The notes beneath the pieces are model-generated. The model was not told the DNA's origin. It did not search any database and saw only the letters and a program-made list of their open reading frames with translations. Position numbers and translations under genes: made by a program. Shown here in pieces: positions 12,443 to 22,295 of a stretch of 42,532 bases of DNA (position 1 is its first letter; every line of letters starts with the position of its first letter). This stretch comes from Sphaeroforma arctica JP610 (taxonomy: Eukaryota). The DNA is taken from the NCBI RefSeq assembly GCF_001186125.1, contig NW_014039825.1:1-42532 (forward strand), written 5' to 3'.

Positions 12443-13639
12443 TGTACGTACTAGCATAGACAGTAATGCGAGAACTGGGGTAAAAACAAGTGTGGTTTTC
12501 CAACGCCCTTGTTATGGGAGCACGTTCCAGCACGGTCTGGTCTATACTATTTTATCACGCATCGCTCTATATTAGAAGATCCGTTGACGGCAAGCGCCTT
12601 GAATAATGAAGGCTGTGCGTTCTGCCTGTTAGGGAGAGATTTGAACTCGCACTTTTGCAGCATTTGCAATAGAGCCGTTCACGCTTTCTGTCAAGATGTT
12701 GGTGATGCAGAGGGCGCAGGCAGTATTGGTTCGTGCTACTACTGCAAACCAGGTCCTATGGACAGTATCGCTCACGCGAACCGCATGAAGTTTGCAGGGT
12801 TAACTTACAGTAGGGAACAACAAACTAACTACAGCGGCTAAGGACGAGGCATGATATTATAATATTGAGCCCATACTCGGGTTCGGCCGTCAGAGTTGGA
12901 GCGCAAGAGGTATTCTCTCCACCCCACTCTCGCAGGATGGACAGCGGGCAGATGCCAGAGTTTAATATTGGTGACTGTGGCGAGTCGGACCAGGAAGAAG
13001 GACAAGATCCCAATGCGGAGTGGAATGCCTTATGGGCTAGAATGCCCCGTGTTGATCCACCAGAGCGATCCCTACACGTGCAGGTAAAGTTTAATAGAGG
13101 AAACAACACAAGATCATTCAGTAACAGAGGCAAGGAGGGATCCCCTGATGTATGCTTAATGTCATTGGTAGATATGTTTGATGTGGCTAATTTAGAGCGT
13201 CAAATTCTATTGTTGGCTAACCATACTATTAACGAGTGGCGAGCACAACCAACATCAAAGAAGAACGCAGTGGGCGGAACGAAGGGGGGATTGAAGGTGA
13301 ATGGGTCGCATGAATTTACTCTTCCATTCACGGGGGCCCCAGATATGCACAAGCGCGCTGTGATCAGCTGCAAGGAGTTTGGCGAACAGCGACAAGACGA
13401 CCATAACCCGCTATGGGTAGTGGATTCAGCTGGAAACGACGACCTTTCAATCAAGGTAAGAAATATGGTTTGTTTTATTGTGATTATATTACGGTTTTAG
13501 GGTGATTATATTAAATAGCGTTTTTAGGATTATATTGCCTGTTTTTATACAGAGCATGGACATAAACGTAAGTATAATGAGATTCAACCCCCATAGGGTA
13601 TGTAGATTAAGGTAAGTAATCTTTTTTACTCGAAGTACG

Positions 13640-14210
13640 CATAGTACATGTATATGGCACGTGGTGCAGGAACAGAGAAACCCACCACTACACATGTGTG
13701 CATCTATGTGGATGGCAGTACACATACATACACATACATACCCATACACATACACATACACATACGTGCATCTATGTGTATGGCAGTACACATAGACGCA
13801 TGTATGTTTACATATACACGTATATAGGTGTCTGTGCTGGTCGCAGTGCTTGCAGTAATAACACACACATACATACACATAGTACATGTATATGGCACGT
13901 GGTGCAGGAACAGAGAAACCCACCACTACATAAACGTGCATCTATGTGTATGACAGTACACATACATACACATACATACTCATACTCATACTCACACACA
14001 TACATACACATACATATACATATACATATACATATACACATACCGTGCATGCACAAGAACATGTGCATGCACTTGCGAGAAAATATTCAGCGACCTGGAA
14101 TCTCGATTGGCTGCTGGTAGACCAGCACGCGAGTATTCCAGGTCGCTGAATATTTGCGATACACATACACATCTCTGTGTCCACATATTCGTATCTACAT
14201 AGACACATCT
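13640..14210. repeat. Intronic (CA/TA)-rich microsatellite block with a ~53-bp duplication
   Basis: CATAGTACATGTATATGGCACGTGGTGCAGGAACAGAGAAACCCACCACTACA at ~13640 and ~13878; CATACA runs. Confidence 0.85.
14081..14155. repeat. Inverted repeat forming a long hairpin
   Basis: AAATATTCAGCGACCTGGAAT (14081-14101) is the exact reverse complement of 14135-14155; inner stems CTCG/CGAG and TGCTGG/CCAGCA. Confidence 0.9.
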
Positions 14211-15138
14211 ATATCTTATTATTACAATTTGTACTCAATATCAGAAACGGCTCTTAGCTTCTTTCAATAAGGTTACTAAGAACTATGCAAAAGGTGCGGC
14301 TACTTCACGGTCGCGAGAAACTTTCATGCAAGTCTGGGTTGTATTTAAGAAAGCAGAAGGACGTGAGGCAATACGTGGCAATACAAGACAACACGGTGGA
14401 ATAGCGCAACGACTCAATACGCAGCTACGGGTAGAGGAGGGTATGGGGCCAGACCGCGAGATAGAACGCGTTACTATGGCTCTTCAATACAGTCGCCAGA
14501 AACGAATTAAGATAAGCCATGCTAATAAAGCAGAGGGTCTGATTGATCTGGGTAATGCGCCAGTCTCTGAGGCAATCAACCAGAGCAAGGCGCTAGACGC
14601 CATGAACAAGAGGGTTAGAGAGGGAAAGCGGCAGCGTGATGTAGATTGCGTTACACGGGAAACTACTTTCCGCGAGCATTGTCACCCGTTGACACTGCTA
14701 CGAAATAAAGCTTGCAGATGGCACCGACGGGGAAGAGATTTTTGAAGCTCTTGCAATGCCGATGCAGATATTTGCAGCCGTCGGCGTGCCTTCCATGATG
14801 TATCGTGGCTTTGTCCCACGCAGGCCTAATTTTGTTGAGGAAGTGGAGGGCACCGGTGGTGTTGCCTCGCTGGGCACAACAGTGAATGACCCCGAAAATG
14901 TGTTGCATCTGGAGAAGGATAGAGCGAAAGAGGAACTACAAGCATTAGCGTGGGATACTGAAACTCGTTCTTACCCACAGTTGATGTCTTATGTGGGTAT
15001 TCTAAGGTGGCAGCGGGTTTCCCCCCAAGATGGGGATGAGACCGAGCCCAATGGCGTGTTCGCTGCAAGAACAGCCCCACCAGCTGCTGGTAATAGAGTT
15101 TTTGATGACGATCATGGGGACGATACAAACATGGGCGC

Positions 15139-15219
15139 AGGATTTTAGATACAATAGATTAGGATTTTAGATACAATATATTAGGATTTTAGATACAATA
15201 GATTATGATTTTAGATACA
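15139..15219 (+). repeat. 22-bp tandem repeat, ~3.5 copies
   Basis: Unit GATTTTAGATACAATAGATTAG. Confidence 0.9.
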
Positions 15220-15742
15220 GATACAATATCGCAATGAGGCCATGCTAATGTTGGTATCACAATTACCATTAAAGCCCAAACTGAGCGATATGACTTTGTA
15301 TATGTTAAATAGATAAATAAAAGATATAAACCCAATAAGTTATATTGAAATCATATGAACGTTCTTAATTTTAGGTTATTTATTAATACATAAACGAACT
15401 AATTTGATATCTAATATAGTAAGTATAGTACTGTACTATGTTAATGAACTAGTAAATACTATTTAGTAATTATATTTTATAGTTATTTATATATTTATAC
15501 AGCTAATGTGTACATTGTTTATGTTAAATAGTTTAAATAAATAAAAGGAACTGTATTCATGTCCTATCTCCCAAATATCGAGACAAATTATCAAGTTATT
15601 TACATCGTAAAGTTCGATGAAAATTTTAGAAAATTTCCTCAAACAACGCACTCAAACTTCACTCAAACTTTTGGGGGCAAAATTTATATATATATTTAAA
15701 TAATTTAGTCCTCTTCAGCTAGATCGGCGTCGTCGTCTGCAT

Positions 15743-15858
15743 CCTCGGCATCAATGCCTGCTTCCTCAGCATCAATGCCTGCTTCCTCAGCATCAATGCC
15801 TGCTTCCTCAGCATCAATGCCTGCTTCCTCAGCATCAATGCCTGCTTCCTCAGCATCA
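15743..15858 (-). repeat. 21-bp tandem repeat, ~5.5 copies; reads as an acidic (DAEEAGI)n tail on the minus strand
   Basis: Unit CCTCAGCATCAATGCCTGCTT; minus frame GGPAITEDEIVPDDVDA(DAEEAGI)nDAEDADDDADLAEED*. Confidence 0.9.
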
Positions 15859-15921
15859 GCATCGACATCGTCGGGGACAATCTCGTCCTCTGTAATAGCC
15901 GGGCCTCCACATTAGACTCTA

Positions 15922-16627
15922 TGTTATAAACGTACTCTTAAGCAGTACGTATATTTAAAAAGTACTCTTAATAGTACAAGGAACTTAAGTTTCCTAAATG
16001 GTTTTTAATGGTTTTATTAATTAATACCTTTTCCATTTTACATATCAGATATTTGGACGAGGCCATTAAAAGGCCCCAGTAAAATACCAACCATAAGCGA
16101 ACTATATTTACTTTCCAAATCTATTTATATATGAATACTTCGGTAGCGAGATGGCTCAACCGAATATAGGTTTCCAGGGACTATTAACGTTACCTAGTTT
16201 ATCCTCCGATCAGCCAACCAGATGTGCCAGTCTGATGAAGGATAAGTCGGTAATTCTTGATAAGTGGCAAGTTATTGGATAATGCAATAACTAAGGACAT
16301 CAAGAGTATTTTTCTTTTTTCTTTTATTTTTTTTTAAAGATAGGATTTTATGAGTCTCTCAGATTCGCCCCAACGAAACATACCCTAGTGTCTAATAGAG
16401 CGACAATGAAACACTAATTCAGCGAAAACAGTACTGAGAGGACTATATATAGGCAATGTCTCAGCCTCACAATCCCTCAGAGTATTGCTGTTTTCACGAG
16501 GCATACCTAACTTTACTAAAAGTCTCATTTCGTTTATTTACTTTGATATTTTCACGATACTTAGAATTTACTTACGCGTTTAATTATTCTAAGGCGTTAA
16601 TATCGCCTTGAGAGACCGAATCTTACA
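15922..16627 (+). mobile_element. 5' LTR of family B copy 1
   Basis: Begins TGTTATAA (start inferred). Ends GACCGAATCTTACA, an end shared by the copies at 19789, 20014, 34844(-) and 35331. TATA-like motif at ~16444. Confidence 0.75.
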
Positions 16628-16753
16628 CATTTTAAAGTTAGCAAAGGTATTAATTACTTAAACTACTTAAACGTAAAGGTAGAAAACTACCACAAATTTT
16701 TTCTTGTCCAAGCTAGTCCTTAAGAGACAAGCTAGCAGTCATAAGTTAAGATT

Positions 16754-17608
16754 GTGACCAAGCAAGACAATACTCCTTGTAAGAAGCGTAGAGCTGAAAA
16801 GAAGAGGATGGAGAGAGACGCCGCTGCTGCTGCCGCATTTAACGCGACCGCAGAAGAGGACAATCAATCCGTAACCGAAATCATTGCTGCTGGTATTTAT
16901 AACCAGGACAATACAATAGATAAGGATGAAGACTTTCCATTAAGAGAGAAGTCCCCTGAAGAAAGAGCCCGCGGGCCAACTATTGCGTCTGCTTCGAAGC
17001 TTACGTTTACGAAGCCAAGAAGCCACGCAAAAGGATCGGTTAAGACGATCCCTACCAAACCTGATGAGGACAATCAGAAGGATCTAACTCCAATTACGGA
17101 GAAAGGAGACAACCCGCTCGAGGGAGAGGATGAGAAGGAAAACTTAGAGAGCCGACCCGAATCAGAATCAAACCAGCCATCGCACATAAGTAAGTTGATC
17201 GATGAGAACACTAAACTTAAGAATCATTTAGCCGCTCTTAAAAAGCGAATGACCTCGCAGGAGAAGGTGGTTGTTAAGAAACCGCGGGAGCAGACCGATC
17301 AAGGGTATGTATCCAGGCAGACCTCAAACGAGAGACCCCAACATACACGTCCACGTGAATCTACCCAATTTATACGCCCTGTTAAGAAGGTGCGTGCGGA
17401 GCACAAGGAACCTGCATACAAGCAAGTTAAGAACTGTGCTGATGAGAAATGTGGTTATGACATGTACCAGTTAACCTCTATCGGTTACTGGAACGGAAAG
17501 CGTGCCCAATATTGTAGACACTATCTTACAAAATGCGATAAATGTGAGAAGACCAATGGCTACCACACTAAATCGTGTAACGTCAGACCCGACATTAAAT
17601 TGGACTGA
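16754..17608 (+). CDS. Gag of family B copy 1, with an in-frame internal deletion
   Basis: Homologous to both ends of the 32561-34711 gag but lacks its middle; C-terminal knuckle CDKC-x6-H-x3-C; GTG where copy 3 has ATG. Confidence 0.8.
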   Translation: MTKQDNTPCKKRRAEKKRMERDAAAAAAFNATAEEDNQSVTEIIAAGIYNQDNTIDKDEDFPLREKSPEERARGPTIASASKLTFTKPRSHAKGSVKTIPTKPDEDNQKDLTPITEKGDNPLEGEDEKENLESRPESESNQPSHISKLIDENTKLKNHLAALKKRMTSQEKVVVKKPREQTDQGYVSRQTSNERPQHTRPRESTQFIRPVKKVRAEHKEPAYKQVKNCADEKCGYDMYQLTSIGYWNGKRAQYCRHYLTKCDKCEKTNGYHTKSCNVRPDIKLD

Positions 17609-19166
17609 CGATACTACCGGGTACAATCGTTACAAAGAAAATACAACGACTCTTTAGACGAGCGTGTAATAATACCTGTATATTGCAATGAAAATAGAAT
17701 CCTTGCGTTGATTGATCCTGGTTCAGAAATTTTATTTATATCCGATCGCTTTGCATTAATGAAAGATATCGAAAGGAGAACACAAACAACTCACTTCATT
17801 TTAGCTGATGACAAAACTTTTAAGTGTGATACGATGGCCACAAATGTTAAAATCTCCCTGGCCGATGACAGGAGTATCACTACCCAAGCTGTGATAGTTA
17901 AGATGTCACAGAAGTACGACATTATAGTCGGAATGAGCGATTTACTCACTCTGGGTGTAACCGTAGCTGGTTTACCGAATAACATAGATCCATTATAGGA
18001 TCAATCATACGATAACTGTCTGAATCAATATAAGCCCCCGTCAGACACAGTCAAGGCATTCATACTTGACTTTGCGAACAAAATCATATATCTGATTCTG
18101 GTTAATAAGAAGATAAAGATCACAAATTGGGGCAAAATTCCGTTTTATCGACGGATATGTCAGCCTTGACTTAACCAAGGTGGACTTTACACAGTTGAAG
18201 TGTCCCTCAAGGAACTATGTATCCTGGAGACACGAGGCTGTGGTAAAAGAACAAGTTGAGAGACTACAGATCTCAAGCAAGTTTCAATAGCAAGAAAACT
18301 CTTTTTCTTGAATGAAATCACAAGAGTTGCGTCACTCCGAAAAGCGGATCAAATTATTAACCACATCGTGTTAATAATACTTTTGCTCCTATGAGAGCAT
18401 TGCTCCGAAAGCCGATAGCTAGGAGAGAATTGCTATGAAAGCCAAGCAACATTAATTGATCGGCGTAAGAGCGAGTAGCAGATATTATGCTATAGAACAA
18501 TATCTAAGTGTTAAAGTGTTCTGCAAAAGGTTTCTCATATTGACCATATGATTTGTCACCCTGGCCAACCCAAGCGGTTGAACACTAGCACAAACACCAT
18601 GAGTATAAAACCAAAGGTGAGGTTGTAAATAAAGATATACAATTATACTTTATTCAAAGACTACCATCTTACACTCTAACACAAGTTGAGAAATGGCTAG
18701 CAGATGGAGTGATAGAATTTATCTATCAACAGACGCCAGTTAACTTGGCATTGCTAGCTGCAGAACAACATAACTCTGACGGATCGTTTAAGAAAGTCAG
18801 AGTATGTTTAGATATGAGTCCGATAAATAAAATTTTACCGACTAATAGCTTTCGCCTACCTCGTATTAACGAGCTACTGCGAAGGATGGAAGGTGCTACA
18901 GTATTTACAACTATAGACCTTACACAAGGATACCATCAAATGCAGATATATGAACCACATCGTAAATACTTTAGTTTTACGTCGAAAGGTAAACAATACC
19001 GGTTCAGAGGTGCACCTTTCGGTTACAATCTTTACCAGCATTCTTCTAACAAGTAATGGAGGAAATGTTTGCAGACATGCCTAACGTGCAAGTCTATATA
19101 GATGACATAGTCATCTTCTCTAAAACTAAGGGCGAACACGCCGCATTAGTCAGACGAGTCCTTAAG
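17609..19166 (+). pseudogene. Pol fragment of family B copy 1 (protease and RT), interrupted by a solo LTR and truncated
   Basis: ILALIDPGSE; KYDIIVG; KKVRVCLDM; FTTIDLTQGYHQM; APFG; VQVYIDDIVIFS. Confidence 0.9.
18257..18681 (+). mobile_element. Solo LTR (family C1) inserted in the RT of B copy 1
   Basis: TG...CA, 425 bp, with 5-bp TSD CAAGT (18252-18256 and 18682-18686); removal restores EQVEKWLADG; TATAAAA followed by AATAAA. Confidence 0.88.
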
Positions 19167-20014
19167 TACCTTTTCCATTTTACATATTAGATATTTGGAC
19201 GAGACCATTGAAAGGCCTCAGTAAAATACCAAACTTAAAAGTTGGTCTAGTTCTATTAATAGAACTATATTTACTTTCCAACTTTATTTATATCTGAATA
19301 CTTCGGTAGCGAGATAGCTCATCCAAATATAGGTTTCTAGTGACTATTAACGTTACCTAGTTGATCCTCCGATCAGCCAACCAGATGTGCCAGTCTGATG
19401 AAGGCTAAGTCGGTAATTCTTGATAGTGGCAAGTTATTGGTTAAGACAATAACTAAGGACATCAAGAGTATTTTTTCTTCTTCTTCTAAAGATATGATTT
19501 TATGAGTCTCTCGAGTTCGCCCCAGTGAAACATACCATAGTTTCTAATAGAGCGACAACGAAACACTAAATAAAATCCCTTCGGCGGAAACAGTACTGAG
19601 AGGATTATATATAGGCAATTTCTCAGCCTCACAATCCCTCAGAGTATTGCTGTTTTCACGAGGCATACCTAACTTTACTAAATGTCTTATTTCATTTATT
19701 TACTTTGATATTTTCACGATACTTAGAATTTACCTACGCGTTTGTTTATTCTAAGGCGTTAATATCGCCTTGAGAGACTGAATCTTACACATTTTAAAGT
19801 TAGCAAAGGTATTAATTACTTAGACTACTTAAACGTAAAGGTAGATTAACTATCACAATTTTTTTTCTTGTCCAAGCTAGTCCTTAAGAGACACTTCTTT
19901 GATGTGGCGTCACCGTTTAACTTGCTCTATCCATTAAAGGATAAGATTATAATTTACCTACGCGTATATCTATTCTAAAACATTAGTATCGCCTTTATTA
20001 GACCGAATCTTACA
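19167..20014 (+). mobile_element. Heavily deleted family B relic: partial LTR (to 19789), leader, ~55-bp integrase scrap and LTR 3' end
   Basis: Repeats ~16025-16728; ~19892-19946 encodes HFFDVASPFNLLYPLKDK, matching the minus-strand integrase at ~20520-20575; ends GACCGAATCTTACA at 20014. Confidence 0.8.
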
Positions 20015-20046
20015 ACCTGATACTCTGCTATCTTCTTGGTAGTGTT

Positions 20047-21312
20047 TCAACGCTTTTGCCTTTTTAATAAGGCTATATTGCGTATTTCTCGCAAGCAAGG
20101 ATATACAACGTTATAAATACGTTGTACCTTCTCTAACCATGGTAACTCATGATGATCAGGTTCGTCCTTGTTAAAGGGTATTTGTAACTCACTATATCTG
20201 CCACGAAAATAGTGAGCGGGTGTAGTTCCTGTGACCGGATCAGCACACTCATTCATTTATGTTTGTACTCACTTACGCTGGTACGGCCAATCATCTGCAT
20301 CATCCGTTAATGCAGTACGCACGAAGAACTTAAGTTTTCTATGGCGCGTTTCATTACGCGCCTTGCGTTTGCGGCTCATATGGCACACCTCTCTTATGGC
20401 ATATGCCTGATACGAGTACTAGCGATTTCATATTGTCACCGCAGTACTCACTACCGTTATCAGTGCACATATTACCGTCAGCAAAGACTTGGTAACATAC
20501 TTCTGCCACGGTCTGCGTATTCTTATCCTTTGATGGATAGAGCAAGTTAAACCGTGACGCCACATCAAAGAAGTGGCATACGTAACGGTCGCCTGTGTGC
20601 TCGGACGTGGGCAGGTCAACCAGATCAATGATGACCCTGCGCCATGGAACATCTTCAGTCACACTCTTAAGCGGTGCAAAACCATAGCGCTTGATCTGAT
20701 TGAGATCACAGTCTGAGCATGACTGGTATACTCTGTCAACTAAAGTTGCCAGCTTAGGGTGCGCGATCCCATTTCGCTTAACATCTTTAAGTGCGTCTAC
20801 TACGTTCTGATGCTTCAGCTTATGGTTTTGCGTCAGCCAAGCAAGAATGTTTTTATCATTCTGCTCCTCCAGAATAAAGGTAGGGTGTTGAGAATCCACT
20901 TGCGTGGTCTCTAAGTCTGTAGTGTTTTCAGACTCCTGTCCTGCTTTTGCATGAGCGTCATAATCGCGCTCATGTGCGTCGGATACACCTGACTTATTAA
21001 ATAGTCGCATTATATGTATATATGCTTCAGGATTGTCTTTCATTAATCTCTTTAAAAATAAGGTTTGAAAGACCTCGGGCTTGGACTTTATGTTATTAAA
21101 CAGAGTCCTAGCTAGAGATTGGCGCTTCTTAACAGTGTCAATAGTAGATTGAATTTCTTGTGCACAGACGTTAAATGCTGTGTTGCCTTTGAACTGCTTA
21201 ACGTTCAATTTGGTAGGTAGTGGAATCTCTGATTCTTTGACCTTGTTAAGGAAGGTCTCATAAGGGGTACATTTGGTTGTTCCAATGGGACCTACACGAC
21301 ATAAAATAGTTT
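20047..21312 (-). pseudogene. Linker and DDE integrase of B copy 3
   Basis: QNHKLKH...CSDC zinc motif; PWRRVIIDLVD; CTDNGSEY; PYEPQTQGA; frameshifted C-terminus. Confidence 0.9.
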
Positions 21313-21332
21313 NNNNNNNNNNNNNNNNNNNN

Positions 21333-21605
21333 AGCCATGGATCTTTACTCCGTAATGGGCAACACAACGTGATGGTAGCTTCATATATATGAACATAATT
21401 TAATAGCTGGGCAATTAACTGCCATGGTGGATTAGCCCACGCATTATGTTTGGAGAGGTCTATTTGAAAGGCGTCTCCCATAGGATGATTTAAAGTCCTG
21501 TAATTTGATAGTTGTGCATTATGATGTGCAGCAAACATATCTATGGTATGTGGCCCATATCTCTCTTAAGCCAGTTCAAACCACCTGGGATTACTTCCAG
21601 TCAGT
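21333..21605 (-). pseudogene. Dam-like (N6-adenine/amino) DNA methyltransferase domain within Pol of family B
   Basis: TDWK..NPRWF...YGPHTIDMFAAHHNAQL...GDAFQIDLSKHNAWANPPWQLIAQLL...ATITLCCPLRSKDPW; NPPW at 21422-21433; C-terminus runs into the N gap at 21313-21332. Confidence 0.85.
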
Positions 21606-22044
21606 GGCTAGTAACTCACGTACGGATTTATTAAAGTCCGGTACGAAGCGTGATAACATATCCGGTAAATGGTTATGTATACCTGGCAAATGTTTTATAT
21701 CAAAATGAACCTTTGATATTGTATCATGCCAGCGACTCAGTAATTGCGAGTCGGGTTTCATCTCTTTCATATATTGAAGATATTTCTGATCACACATCAG
21801 CGGAAATGCTGTTCCGTATAAGTAATCTTGGAAGTATGTCAGAGCTGCCACTATGGCTAATAGCTCTTGTTTAACAGTTGGATAATTCAACCGTGAAGCA
21901 TTCATTGCTCGACTAAAGAATTGTATATATCTAGGTTTGTTATCTATAACCTGATATAATACTCCTCCTAAGGCTAAGTCTGATGCGTTCGTTGCTATTT
22001 CAAACGGCACGCCATCGACTGGCCCTTGTTCAACTGGGGTTTGT
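21591..22044 (-). pseudogene. RNase H of B copy 3
   Basis: FEIATNASDLALGGVLYQ; NYPTVKQELLAIV; HLPGIHNHLPDMLSR. Confidence 0.92.
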
Positions 22045-22295
22045 TGTGGTCAGAATACTATAGTACGTAGTTTATTTGATTATTTTAGGTCTAATATAAA
22101 TTTTACAGTTTATCAGAATAATCATATAAACTGGGTTTTAGGGTTTTGCTGTTCTTACAGCACATAACTGATGACTCATTTTGAGAGTCATTAATCTTAG
22201 GATTACTGTTTACAATTATTATTATATGAACAAACGTCCCCCTCCCTGAGGAGGGAGAACGTTGAGATATAGTTACTCGACGTGTACTTACTACA
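22045..22295 (+). repeat. 5' LTR of element D
   Basis: 251 bp; about 8 substitutions and 1 indel relative to the 3' LTR by manual comparison. Confidence 0.96.

Larger units (their letters stand above)
11432..15148 (+). pseudogene. Decayed spliced gene of unknown function with a Thr/Ala repeat and a PHD-like Zn finger
   Basis: Colinear ORFs at 11432, 11808, 12509, 12865, 14326 and 14756. CAFC-x9-CSIC-x4-HAFC...CYYC finger at ~12614-12745. Phase-0 intron AAG|GTAAGA (13456) to TCAG| (14244) joins two ORFs in frame. Premature stops and frameshifts. Confidence 0.55.

Noticed and set aside
13489..14208. His/Tyr/Cys/Val-rich ORFs
   Set aside because: Translations of (CA/TA) microsatellite inside a GT-AG intron
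16225..16270. Hammerhead ribozyme at CTGATGA in LTR-B (also in LTR-D at ~22168 and ~30976)
   Set aside because: No stem II followed by GAAA and no matching stems I/III could be built
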